From Enterococcus phage vB_EfaM_Ef2.1: DNA of 24,000 nt. A program made the position numbers and the translations under genes. Position 1 is the stretch's first letter, and each line of letters starts with the position of its first letter. Positions 1-8,886 of the stretch are shown here, in pieces. The stretch lies in sequence record MK693030.1; one strand, written 5' to 3'. Below the pieces are notes generated by a model. That model ran no database searches, was not told where the DNA came from, and saw only the letters and a program-made list of their open reading frames with translations.

Positions 1-199
1 ATAAGTGATTTTTCTTCTGATAAAGTGAATGTTACAATCTCTTCATCCGTCATATGCTCTACTAATGTAACTGTGCGACCAAATTCAATATGCTGTAATA
101 GATGTCCTAGTTTAATCATTATAGTTTCCCTCCATCAATTAGTAATAGTAGAATACCACCTAATACCAGTAACCAGAATACTGCTAAGATTAGTACCAT

Positions 200-613
200 T
201 TAGTTGTCCTCCTTGAACAGCTCATCGTATAATTCTTGAACTGCTTCACGCTTTACTTTTAACATTGCAATCTGTGTTGATATGATATTACTTGGTTTTC
301 CCACCAAACGCCCCTCTAAGTGTCCAATATCCATATTATATTGAATAAGGGTTTGTTGAAATTTTTTTCTAATCTCGGTGCATTCATTAATTGGTTGCTT
401 CGGTTCAATCTCAATCAGTTCAAACTGTGAATACCAGTATTCATTTAATTTATTCAGTAGCTCACCACGTGTTTTTCCAGATTCTGCGGTTGTCCCATCA
501 TCATCTTTAATAAAGTACCCTATAGTATTGTTGTGAGCAATCTGATACTCTTTGCCCCCTGTGAAAAAGGGTTCTTGTGGGTTTGTAATTACACATTTCA
601 TTCTGTATGTCAT
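200..613 (-). CDS. hypothetical phage protein, paralogue of the next gene; start probably at 613 rather than 679
   Basis: ORF track 200..679. Internal ATG at 613 is preceded by GGGAGG and avoids the overlap with the upstream gene. The protein shares a FT-GKEY...GY-DD-G...ESG-T-LL--LN-YW-S-FEL pattern with ORF 618..1001. Confidence 0.7.
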   Translation of the reverse strand: MTYRMKCVITNPQEPFFTGGKEYQIAHNNTIGYFIKDDDGTTAESGKTRGELLNKLNEYWYSQFELIEIEPKQPINECTEIRKKFQQTLIQYNMDIGHLEGRLVGKPSNIISTQIAMLKVKREAVQELYDELFKEDN

Positions 614-617
614 TTTA

Positions 618-1001
618 TTAAACCTCCCATTCCTCAATGAGGTATTGGCTTTTATAGTTTGCATAGAAATCTGAGTCACTTGAGAAGTATATATCTAGTT
701 CTTTTACTTTTTCTAGTACTCCTTGAAGGGATGTACCAACTGCCATGTTAGTACCTGTCCCCTTATCAATTACGAGATAGAGTGTAATTTTCTTTGGTTC
801 TGCACCGAGCAATTCAAACTTAGAATGCCAATAGCTATTTAATTCAGCTAATAGTAACTCAGGAGTGGCTCCTGATTCTATAATGTCTCCCTCATCATCT
901 CTAAGGAAGTAACCTCTAGCATCATCATAGAATACATCGTACTCTTTACCTTCTGTGAAGATAAGCTCTGTTTTACGTGTACATCTAATTTTTAGTGTCA
1001 T
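618..1001 (-). CDS. hypothetical phage protein, tandem paralogue; start likely 1001 (MTLKIRC...)
   Basis: ORF track 618..1022. ATG at 1001 is preceded by GGAGG. Confidence 0.7.
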   Translation of the reverse strand: MTLKIRCTRKTELIFTEGKEYDVFYDDARGYFLRDDEGDIIESGATPELLLAELNSYWHSKFELLGAEPKKITLYLVIDKGTGTNMAVGTSLQGVLEKVKELDIYFSSDSDFYANYKSQYLIEEWEV

Positions 1002-1278
1002 TTTTGCTTTCCTCCAATTCAATTTCTTTTATTGATACAAAGCCAAGTATATTGCGGAAAGTACGGTCTTCATTCCAGTATATAAATTGTGTTAGAAGTG
1101 GTTTGTGGTCATCTGTGTATGTTGTTTTTGTCTCGTAGTAGCTTTCTTCAATTTGTTCATCAATATTCTGTACCATTTCATTATAATATGTGACTGCTTT
1201 ATCATATGAGGTGAAAGCCCTCATTTTTACCGCTCTATACTCAAATTTCACTAACCATGCTGAGCTTAATTTCGTCAT
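985..1278 (-). CDS. hypothetical protein
   Basis: Tightly packed co-directional ORF with an SD-like purine tract upstream. Confidence 0.6.
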   Translation of the reverse strand: MTKLSSAWLVKFEYRAVKMRAFTSYDKAVTYYNEMVQNIDEQIEESYYETKTTYTDDHKPLLTQFIYWNEDRTFRNILGFVSIKEIELEESKNDTKN

Positions 1279-1468
1279 TTATTTCTTCCTCCACTTCTTT
1301 GATTGACTTGATTATATATCTGTGATTCTCTCTAAATGCGTGGTAAGCATCATCAAGTGAATATGCGTATAACCTTGTTGTTTGCATTACAGTTCTATAT
1401 CCGTTACGTCCAACCATTGGTTCGTCAACTTCTACTTCTAACTCAAATAATAGTTGTTTTCTAATCAT
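1241..1468 (-). CDS. hypothetical protein
   Basis: Co-directional ORF with SD GGGGAGG upstream of the start. Confidence 0.6.
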   Translation of the reverse strand: MIRKQLLFELEVEVDEPMVGRNGYRTVMQTTRLYAYSLDDAYHAFRENHRYIIKSIKEVEEEINDEIKLSMVSEI

Positions 1469-1722
1469 TGTTTTTCCTCCCCTTTTCTATGATATAATAT
1501 TACCCTACTATTATGATTCTGTCAACAGGCAAAAAAAAAGAAGTAGAAAAATCTACTCCTATTCATCGTTTGACAACTTTTCCATACCATATAGTAGCTG
1601 TAGTAGTACATATAGTACAATATCAAATCCGCCAAGTGGCTTTCCAATTACTATAACTTTAACAATTGTCAATACCGCTAAAAAAAATAAATAGCCACCC
1701 GATTATTTTATTTGCATGTTTT

Positions 1723-2070
1723 CTAATTCTCATAACTTTCTAGTACCTCTTCAATATTCTTTCTGGTTTCGTTAGCTAACTTACCAGTCCGTTCAAGCCA
1801 ACCTCTAACCATTTCTTTTTCTACTTTGCTATGTTTGTTCGCATCCTCCTTGATGCCTTCTACATTTTCCATCAAATTATCTAAGTCCTCCATAACATCT
1901 AATAAAGTGTTTCTTAATTTTAACACATCAATAGACAACTCATAGTTCCGTTTAGACAATTTTTCGTTACGGATAAAGTTCTTTTTTAGTTCTTGTTGTG
2001 TTTCTAGTAGCTGAGTAGTTTTAATAATATCAGCTTCTAATTTACTAATTCCGTCTAGTTCATTCATCAC
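1723..2070 (-). CDS. hypothetical coiled-coil protein
   Basis: ORF track; Leu/Glu/Lys-rich heptad-like composition; start codon overlaps the preceding stop. Confidence 0.65.
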   Translation of the reverse strand: MMNELDGISKLEADIIKTTQLLETQQELKKNFIRNEKLSKRNYELSIDVLKLRNTLLDVMEDLDNLMENVEGIKEDANKHSKVEKEMVRGWLERTGKLANETRKNIEEVLESYEN

Positions 2071-2321
2071 ATGTCCTCCTCATATTCTACTACTTCCTCA
2101 ATAATTTTCAGTACTTCTTCTGCTGTGCCTACTGTGCTATAGTCCGCAAAGTTTTCTGCAGGTTTCATAATAGCCACTGAATAGGGTTTGTTCTCTACAT
2201 AGATATGTCCGAATCCTTTTAGAGAATGAATTACCTCTACTGACCATCCATTAGCGTACTCTTCTCGGTATACTACTTGCTCACTGGTTGCTCTTACTGG
2301 TTTATTCATTGTTAAAACCAT
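2067..2321 (-). CDS. hypothetical protein
   Basis: ORF track, packed minus-strand cluster. Confidence 0.6.
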   Translation of the reverse strand: MVLTMNKPVRATSEQVVYREEYANGWSVEVIHSLKGFGHIYVENKPYSVAIMKPAENFADYSTVGTAEEVLKIIEEVVEYEEDM

Positions 2322-2556
2322 AGAAGTTTCTTACAATGTTTTCTACACGCTCCATGCCCTCTAAGTAGCTACGTTTCTCAGGGGAGATATAGTTCTTGTA
2401 ATGAGGGACTTCCTTCTCTTCCTCTACCTCTTTTGTAGTACGTTCAATCAGTTTAATAAGTTTTACTTCGTTCTCTAGTTGAGACTGGATAATGTCTAAC
2501 AGTTCATTTTTCGAGCAGTTGTTTAGTGGTTTACTTCCATAGTCAATAATTGTCAT
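2302..2556 (-). CDS. hypothetical protein
   Basis: ORF track; SD AGGAGG just upstream of the start. Confidence 0.65.
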   Translation of the reverse strand: MTIIDYGSKPLNNCSKNELLDIIQSQLENEVKLIKLIERTTKEVEEEKEVPHYKNYISPEKRSYLEGMERVENIVRNFYGFNNE

Positions 2557-2566
2557 AGTATTCCTC

Positions 2567-2902
2567 CTATTTTAATGTGTACTCTTTATATCCTTTATGT
2601 GTATCGTGCCCGCACTTTGTACAAAAGCCTGCTTGTTCAATATCTGTTGAAGAGTAACCTGTTTGTACTGCATACGTCTCATAAGTATGGTCACACGTAT
2701 CTTCTTCTGATTCATCTATTTTCTCTAAACGAATAGCCTCTCCTTCTGCCACTTCGTGGTTAAAGAGCAATACTGCAGTTTTAATAGGTTCATATATATC
2801 TGGGTGGATGGCTTCATTCATCTTAAAGCTATTTCCGCTAAATTCATTGAAAGCATCTAGCCATTCCTGACTGTTCTCATAAGATACAATTCTGTAATTC
2901 AT
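2567..2902 (-). CDS. hypothetical protein with a Cx2C-like and His/Cys-rich C-terminus; start probably at 2902
   Basis: ORF 2567..2950. Internal MNYRIVSYEN start is preceded by GAGGAG. CxxC (CTKC-like) motif present. Confidence 0.6.
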   Translation of the reverse strand: MNYRIVSYENSQEWLDAFNEFSGNSFKMNEAIHPDIYEPIKTAVLLFNHEVAEGEAIRLEKIDESEEDTCDHTYETYAVQTGYSSTDIEQAGFCTKCGHDTHKGYKEYTLK

Positions 2903-3314
2903 ACGAAAGCTCCTCTCGTGTTTTCTTAAATAACCAATACCGTTCATCAATTTCTTTTATCTCTGCCTCTGTTAAATAGTAGCCTTTTAATTTGGATAGG
3001 GTATCTTGACTCAATGGCTCGTTTCTAGGTAATATGCATACTGCTAACTGCCCATCATTGCGTAATAGTAACCCGTAGTCTCTCTCCTGTTTCTGAGGCA
3101 TTACTACATAGTACTTAGGTAAACTAGCAGTGTTTGCTACTGCTTGAATAAAAGTATCTGTATTTGCGAAAAACCATTTACTAAACTCTGACTTGGGATA
3201 CTCACATGCGTGTCTCTGCCCTTCCAAGATAATTTGTAACTTATCCATAAGTTGTTCTCGTTGTTTATCAATAAACTCTTTTACCTGTTTTGGTACTTCT
3301 ACCTCATTATTCAT
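2877..3314 (-). CDS. hypothetical protein
   Basis: ORF track; GGAG SD upstream. Confidence 0.65.
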   Translation of the reverse strand: MNNEVEVPKQVKEFIDKQREQLMDKLQIILEGQRHACEYPKSEFSKWFFANTDTFIQAVANTASLPKYYVVMPQKQERDYGLLLRNDGQLAVCILPRNEPLSQDTLSKLKGYYLTEAEIKEIDERYWLFKKTREELSYELQNCIL

Positions 3315-3329
3315 AGTTTGTCTCCTTTG

Positions 3330-3791
3330 TTATACTTTGTCAATAGTGATATACACATACTTGCCCTCTAACTGCTTAACAATATCTAGTATGTCATGAC
3401 CGCCTAGCTTAAATGTGTTTGTCTCAAACCCTTCGATAGTAAAGGAAGACCAACCATACCAACCTTCTTCAAAGTCCAAGACCCCCATAGATTTAAGTAC
3501 TATATTTTTAGTGATGTCTTCTAATGAAGTACGTTCTACAGCAGAGAAAATCTGAATCTCTGCGTTATCAAGATGGTACTTAGAAGAAATACCCCCATCG
3601 TACTCCTCTTCTGTTGTAGTGTCCTTAGCCCCTAACGCATGTAGTGCATTACAAATAAGCATGTTTAAGGCTCTGTGCTCATGGTGATACTCAATTTCTT
3701 TTACTTTTTCTTTTATTAAGTAAGGTTCGTTTGTTTCTGCACCGGGGCTGTTATCAATAGTTACCCAACCTTTTAATATCTGTTTACCCAT
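3330..3791 (-). CDS. hypothetical protein
   Basis: ORF track, packed cluster. Confidence 0.65.
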   Translation of the reverse strand: MGKQILKGWVTIDNSPGAETNEPYLIKEKVKEIEYHHEHRALNMLICNALHALGAKDTTTEEEYDGGISSKYHLDNAEIQIFSAVERTSLEDITKNIVLKSMGVLDFEEGWYGWSSFTIEGFETNTFKLGGHDILDIVKQLEGKYVYITIDKV

Positions 3792-4011
3792 GATTGCTCA
3801 TCCTTTCTTTAGTATAGCCTATCGCTGTCACCAGTAAATCTAAATTTTCCTTTGTCAGAGTTACTGTTTTCTCATGTACACAGTCCGGTCTAAATACCTC
3901 TACTGTACGATTTATTACAGCAATATCTACAGTAGCTTCCGTTGTCTGGCTTACCTTGATAAACTGTTTGGAAAACTCCCCACGGCTAACACCTTCTATC
4001 ATAAGCTCCAT
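3784..4011 (-). CDS. hypothetical protein
   Basis: ORF track, short overlap with its neighbour typical of translational coupling. Confidence 0.6.
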   Translation of the reverse strand: MELMIEGVSRGEFSKQFIKVSQTTEATVDIAVINRTVEVFRPDCVHEKTVTLTKENLDLLVTAIGYTKERMSNHG

Positions 4012-4430
4012 TTGTTTATAGCCTCCTCTCGGGAAAGTCCATGAAAGTTGTGGAAAGTACGCTCTTGTAGTTCATCTACCGTATCTGGTAGTGTACGAAA
4101 TTCGTCTACCCCTAGTGAAATACTTGAAGATACCTCTTCATAATAACATTTAACGTCTACTCCCATTTTACCATAAGGTAACACCATTACTTCTATATGA
4201 AACTCATATGGAGTATTCTGTGTTAATGGTTCATCTAATAACCATGTCTCATGGTAGTTTACTGGAATATCTAATAGTAAACTGTTTAAATCATCTAGCT
4301 GTTCAGATAAGTATGCAATTCTTGTCACTTTACGGTCTTCTGCTATAGGCATTGAACAACCTAACGTGTCTTTTATTTCTTTAATTTCTTTGGTAAGCTC
4401 AGCCATTAATTCAATTATTTTATAAAACAT
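3999..4430 (-). CDS. hypothetical protein; start likely 4430 (MFYKIIELM...)
   Basis: ORF 3999..4478. Internal ATG with a GAGGAGG-type SD. Confidence 0.6.
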   Translation of the reverse strand: MFYKIIELMAELTKEIKEIKDTLGCSMPIAEDRKVTRIAYLSEQLDDLNSLLLDIPVNYHETWLLDEPLTQNTPYEFHIEVMVLPYGKMGVDVKCYYEEVSSSISLGVDEFRTLPDTVDELQERTFHNFHGLSREEAINKWSL

Positions 4431-4432
4431 CT

Positions 4433-4663
4433 CTATTCCTCCTCTTCTATATATTCCCCTTCTTCTAAGAAAAAGCAAGCGGGTTCTCCCTCTCCATTTT
4501 CAGTGTCACCTAGGTACTCATCATCTAAGAATGCACAGTATCCAGTTGAGTAGAGGGTTACACAGTCCTTATGATACATCGAATCGTCCGTTAACCGCAC
4601 AACCTCGTCCATCTCACTGAACACTTCATTACACGCCCCGCATGATATTAACTCCTTACTCAT
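4433..4663 (-). CDS. hypothetical small acidic Cys-containing protein (possible zinc-binding)
   Basis: CGAC...YHKDC motif and acidic tail. Confidence 0.55.
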   Translation of the reverse strand: MSKELISCGACNEVFSEMDEVVRLTDDSMYHKDCVTLYSTGYCAFLDDEYLGDTENGEGEPACFFLEEGEYIEEEE

Positions 4664-5091
4664 AGGTTACCTCCTTTATCTATTACGTAGTCTACCAGTT
4701 CTCTAATAACCTCCGCCTCCTCTACACTAGAGAGGTCTGCCCAAACTTGAAGTGTCGCATCGTTAGCCTTACCAGATATTAAATTGTGTAAGCTATCTGC
4801 AATAGTTAGCTTTGTACGTTCAAGATAGTGAATTAGCCAGACTAATACAATTAGCTGTTTCTCAGTTAGCTCAGTAGTAGTCTCTGTGTAAACCTCATAG
4901 TTATCTAAGGTTAATGGGAAGGTGTCTTCATTATTAATTACTTGAAACCCATTATTTGGTTCTCGTTCATACTCTCCATGGGTCAGTCTCTTACCTATTT
5001 TTAGTTTTACATAGATGTCTCTACCTTCTTTGTGTAGTTTGTCTAGGTCACTATTGTACCACTCTCTTGTTTCAATTTTAGTAAATCCCAT
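4660..5091 (-). CDS. hypothetical protein
   Basis: ORF track; ATGA-type overlap with its neighbour. Confidence 0.6.
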   Translation of the reverse strand: MGFTKIETREWYNSDLDKLHKEGRDIYVKLKIGKRLTHGEYEREPNNGFQVINNEDTFPLTLDNYEVYTETTTELTEKQLIVLVWLIHYLERTKLTIADSLHNLISGKANDATLQVWADLSSVEEAEVIRELVDYVIDKGGNL

Positions 5092-5094
5092 AAA

Positions 5095-5247
5095 CTAGCC
5101 CTCCTTGCTTAGCTCCTTAATTCGTTTCTTGATATTTGCTTCTGTCTTCTCAAGTTGTCTCATTTTGTTAGCATGACGAGACATCTCATGCTCTTTTGCA
5201 GTCACTGCCATCGCTAATAGGTTCTCTAAACTTGCTTTATTTGCCAT
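5095..5247 (-). CDS. small hypothetical basic protein, 50 aa (MANKASLENLLAMAVTAKEHEMSRHANKMRQLEKTEANIKKRIKELSKEG)
   Basis: Translated by hand; below the size cutoff of the ORF track. Start overlaps the thymidylate synthase stop (TAATG), and the ORF fills an otherwise empty gap. Confidence 0.6.
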   Translation of the reverse strand: MANKASLENLLAMAVTAKEHEMSRHANKMRQLEKTEANIKKRIKELSKEG

Positions 5248-6194
5248 TAAATTGCCACCTCATAGTTAAATTTTCCATTGTGTTTATAATTTACTACAGA
5301 AATATCTGATAATGGGGAATCAAAGAAGTTCGTCCCCTTCTTCCATGGTAGGACAAGCTTTGGAACCTCTTCTGGAATTGGTGCGTTTACCTGTTTCTCT
5401 ACTAGCTCTAAATGTCGTTCGTAAATGTGTGCGTTATCACTCGTCCAATATAAGTTACCTAACTCTAACCCTACAGTATTTGCCATAACCAATTGTAATG
5501 CATGATACTGAATAATATTAAATGGAAGTCCTAAGCAAACATCCGAAGACCGAGCCTTCACATGTAAGTTTAATTTGCCCTCTACAACTGTCCAGTGGGT
5601 TGTCCATACACATGGTTCTAATGACATATCATATAAATCTTCCACGTTCCATAAAGTAGTCATAATTCTACGAGAGTTTGGTGTGCTCTTAAGTTGTTCA
5701 ATAACTGCCTCTACCTGATTTAGCTTTAGGTATGGTTGATGTGTTCCTGCTATCCAACCGCCTTTTTTAGGTACTACTTTTGGGATGAGTGAGCCCGCTT
5801 TGCGATTTTTAGCTAACTCAACATCTCCGCTATAAACAGGAATAAAACGTTCTTTGTTAAATAATGCGTAACCATACGCTTTTCCAATAGTGCCATCTTC
5901 TTGCTCCCATTCGTCCCAAATAGTTACACCTCGTTCTTTTAACCACGAAACCTCGTTAGACATTTCTTGCCAAATCCACTGCAATTCTGTTAGCGCCCAT
6001 TTAATACCTACATGCTTACTACGTAATAAAGGAGCTCCCATATCTGGTGTAATTGTAAAGTTTACACCTTCAATAAACTTAGTTGTTGCAGGAGTCCCAT
6101 CAGCATATACTGCACGAGTCCCTTCTGGTAATTCTGTTACTCCGTTCTTAATAATATCCATTACTAAATCTTTATAAATTTTATCAAAATCCAT
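5247..6194 (-). CDS. thyA: thymidylate synthase (ThyA family)
   Basis: Protein contains EPCVWTTHWTV...VKARSSDVCLGLPFNIIQYHALQLVMA...NAHIYERH, matching ThyA active-site and dUMP-binding motifs (PC-H/T-W, RS-D--LG-PFN, HIY). Confidence 0.93.
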   Translation of the reverse strand: MDFDKIYKDLVMDIIKNGVTELPEGTRAVYADGTPATTKFIEGVNFTITPDMGAPLLRSKHVGIKWALTELQWIWQEMSNEVSWLKERGVTIWDEWEQEDGTIGKAYGYALFNKERFIPVYSGDVELAKNRKAGSLIPKVVPKKGGWIAGTHQPYLKLNQVEAVIEQLKSTPNSRRIMTTLWNVEDLYDMSLEPCVWTTHWTVVEGKLNLHVKARSSDVCLGLPFNIIQYHALQLVMANTVGLELGNLYWTSDNAHIYERHLELVEKQVNAPIPEEVPKLVLPWKKGTNFFDSPLSDISVVNYKHNGKFNYEVAI

Positions 6195-6243
6195 GTTGTA
6201 TCCTCCCGTATCTCTTTCCTATTTAGCTTGTTTTTTTGTGTAG

Positions 6244-6630
6244 CTATACCCACCAGTTAGGTTCTTTGATAACTTGCCATGCTCTTTTTAGCTGTTCTTC
6301 ATTGAAATGTCCAAAATGACAATCTTCTTTAGGGATGCCAAGTTTATAAGCTAGTACACTGTATAGCTCCCCTCTGCTAATCTGCTTAGACTGCCATATG
6401 GGGTCAAATAAGTCATGACATAATTTTTTCCATCGTTTCATAGGTGGTGTAGCTAAAATACCTAATGGTTCTTTTGGTCTATTTTTGTGAGTCCCTACAC
6501 TAGCACCACAACCTGTACAGTAATAGCATTTACCATTACCATATGTCCTACCATATAACACTTCATTACTTGTCCAAATAACTTTTTCTCCACAGTAAGT
6601 GCAGTTATCGGGTACTAACAATTTATTCAT
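6244..6630 (-). CDS. zinc-ribbon-type phage protein of unknown function
   Basis: CTYCGEKV...CYYCTGCGASVG double CxxC; also conserved-looking SRGELYSVLAYKLGI. Confidence 0.6.
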   Translation of the reverse strand: MNKLLVPDNCTYCGEKVIWTSNEVLYGRTYGNGKCYYCTGCGASVGTHKNRPKEPLGILATPPMKRWKKLCHDLFDPIWQSKQISRGELYSVLAYKLGIPKEDCHFGHFNEEQLKRAWQVIKEPNWWV

Positions 6631-6702
6631 TAGTTATTCACCTCTCATAAGTATAGTATATTACAATAGTGTCACTAAGTCAACACCTCTTTACAAAAAA
6701 AA

Positions 6703-6724
6703 AGGACAGCAAAGATGCTGTCCT
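6703..6724 (-). terminator. rho-independent terminator of the SPFH/small membrane protein unit
   Basis: Minus strand AGGACAGC-atcttt-GCTGTCCT followed by a run of T (plus strand 6695-6702 all A). Confidence 0.85.
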
Positions 6725-6872
6725 AAAAATCTAACCAATTATCTTTATCGTAAGAGTCACTTGGAGACTTTTCTTTGTTTTTCTTAACGAAGTAGTATCC
6801 GATAGAGAAAGCTACCCCTACAAGCAATACTACAATAAGAGCAATAAAGAATTTAGCAATGAAAAAACCCAT
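6723..6872 (-). CDS. 49-aa single-pass membrane protein
   Basis: Hand translation MGFFIAKFFIALIVVLLVGVAFSIGYYFVKKNKEKSPSDSYDKDNWLDF. Start overlaps the SPFH stop (TAATG). Absent from the ORF track because of its size. Confidence 0.75.
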   Translation of the reverse strand: MGFFIAKFFIALIVVLLVGVAFSIGYYFVKKNKEKSPSDSYDKDNWLDF

Positions 6873-7729
6873 TACTTATCATTCCCCACAATTGCCTGTC
6901 CGTCACCTACGATTGTAGTTACCCAACCATGCTCTTTACGACCTTGTGCTTCTTCGTAACGAACTAGTTCATCCGTAACTGATTCTGCAATTTTTTTATT
7001 AGCCTCTGCTTGTGCACTAGCTTTATCTTTAATAGCTTGCGCTTCTGCTTGAGCTTTCAAAGTAACTTTTGTAGCCTCAGTTTCTGCTTGTGTTTTTTGA
7101 GTTTTAGCATCTAACTCAGCTTTTTTAGCTTCTTGTCCTGAGCGGATGATTGCATCAATTGATTTTTGTGTTTCTGGGTCAACGTCAGGCACACCTACCG
7201 TTACATTCTCAACCAAGAAACCTTTACTTTCAACTGAGTCAGAGAAACGAGCTAACACTTCCCCTTCGACCTCGGAAGACTTACCTGATAGAACATCTAA
7301 TAAACTATACTTAGAATAAACCTCTCTGGCAGTCTTTTGTAAACGAGATTTCAACCAACCTTTTTCAATGTCCTCAGATGTTACATTACCAAACTCTTTA
7401 TACATTTTAGTTGCTTGCTTAGGGTCTACTTTGTAGTCGTACTTAATGTTAACTACAGTTTTCTTACCATCGGAAGTAGACACTGCAACATCTTTAGCTT
7501 GAATAGTCTGTAAACGGATTGGATACTGGGTTACTTTATCAATACCTACCCACTTAACACCGGGTTGTAATGCTTCGGATTTAACACCCCCGTTAGGTGA
7601 GAATCGTACACCGACATACCCATTGTCAATTCGTTCTAAGAAACGAAATGCACAGATTGTTCCCCCAATCAATAGGATAACTGCAATAACTCCTGCTACA
7701 ACCAACCGTTTAAACGTATTTGTGCTCAT
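6872..7729 (-). CDS. SPFH/band-7/prohibitin-like membrane protein
   Basis: N-terminal TM (VAGVIAVILLIGGTICAF), GYVGVRFSPNGGV...LQPGVKWV, and a long Ala/Glu/Gln/Lys-rich coiled coil typical of SPFH proteins. Confidence 0.88.
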   Translation of the reverse strand: MSTNTFKRLVVAGVIAVILLIGGTICAFRFLERIDNGYVGVRFSPNGGVKSEALQPGVKWVGIDKVTQYPIRLQTIQAKDVAVSTSDGKKTVVNIKYDYKVDPKQATKMYKEFGNVTSEDIEKGWLKSRLQKTAREVYSKYSLLDVLSGKSSEVEGEVLARFSDSVESKGFLVENVTVGVPDVDPETQKSIDAIIRSGQEAKKAELDAKTQKTQAETEATKVTLKAQAEAQAIKDKASAQAEANKKIAESVTDELVRYEEAQGRKEHGWVTTIVGDGQAIVGNDK

Positions 7730-7890
7730 AAAAAAATAATTCCTCCAATATTTATTTTTTATTTGTAAGTTTCATCCTACAAAAATAGTATATCAGTTTT
7801 TGTATGTGTAGTCAACAATATATTTAAATTTTTTTTATTAAAAATATGAGGCACAAAAGAATGTAAAATATGCCTCATATCTATTAAATT

Positions 7891-8874
7891 CTATACTAAA
7901 CTAGCTAGCTTGTCTAAAGCGTTATAGTCCGCATCGGTTACTGGTTCTACTTTACCTAATAAGTACCCATTACCTACCTGAGAGAAGAAGTCATGGTTAC
8001 TAGTTGTTGTAGAGATACCATTCATTACAATAGGGTTTACGTCTGCGCTTGTTGTTGGGAATAAAGGGTTCATCCCTAAGTTAGCTAGAGCTTTATTTAA
8101 ATTGTACTCCAAAAATGTATTAACATCTTTTGTCCAACCAATCTCACTATATAGTTCAGCAGTATACTGTGTTTCGTTCTCCCATAATTTAAATGCTAAA
8201 TCAATTACCCATTGTTCCATTTCTTTTTGTTCAGTTTCTGGTAACTGGTTAAACCCTAACTGGTATTTATAGCCGATATAGGTTCCATGTACAGACTCGT
8301 CACGAATAATTAATTTAATAATTTCGGCTGTATTAACCATTTTTGCCTCACCTAAATAGCGTAGTGGTGTGTAAAAACCTGAGTAAAATAGGAAGCTCTC
8401 CAACAGTACGGATGCACTCTTTTTCTGTAGTGGTGTACCGTTTCGATAAATATCGTTAATAATATTAGCTTTATATTGTAAACGTTTATTTGTAGCTACC
8501 CACTCAAAGATATTGTCAATCTCTGTAGGTGTATTAAATGTGCTAAAAATTGTTGAATAACTTTTAGCGTGTACTGCTTCCATAAAGGCTATGTTATTTA
8601 AAACAGCTTCTTCATGTTGTGTTCTTACATCATCAAGTAGTGAGTGTACTCCCGATTCTGATTGAACTGTGTCTAATAATGTTAACCCACCAAACACTTT
8701 ATTTATTAAATCTTGCTCCATATCAGATAGCTTTGCCCAATCATTAACATCGTTACCCACAGGGACACGTGTGTCCAACCAAAATTGCTCAGTAAGCTTT
8801 TTCCATGTGGCTTGGTCAATTACATCATCAATCTTATTCCAGTTAATTCCTTCATACTTTTCTTGCAAATTCAT
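7891..8874 (-). CDS. nrdF: ribonucleoside-diphosphate reductase beta subunit (class Ib-like)
   Basis: QFWLDTRVPVGNDVNDW, SVQSESGVHSLLDDVRTQHEEAVLNNIAFMEAVHAKSYSTIF and IIRDESVHGTYIGYKYQ motifs; adjacent to nrdE. Confidence 0.93.
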   Translation of the reverse strand: MNLQEKYEGINWNKIDDVIDQATWKKLTEQFWLDTRVPVGNDVNDWAKLSDMEQDLINKVFGGLTLLDTVQSESGVHSLLDDVRTQHEEAVLNNIAFMEAVHAKSYSTIFSTFNTPTEIDNIFEWVATNKRLQYKANIINDIYRNGTPLQKKSASVLLESFLFYSGFYTPLRYLGEAKMVNTAEIIKLIIRDESVHGTYIGYKYQLGFNQLPETEQKEMEQWVIDLAFKLWENETQYTAELYSEIGWTKDVNTFLEYNLNKALANLGMNPLFPTTSADVNPIVMNGISTTTSNHDFFSQVGNGYLLGKVEPVTDADYNALDKLASLV

Positions 8875-8886
8875 GTGTTCATCTCC

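Noticed and set aside
25-216. Plus-strand ORF at the window start
   Set aside because: Opposes the packed minus-strand gene cluster and has no clear SD; probably the complement of a truncated gene.
5890-6177. Plus-strand ORF
   Set aside because: Antisense to thymidylate synthase.
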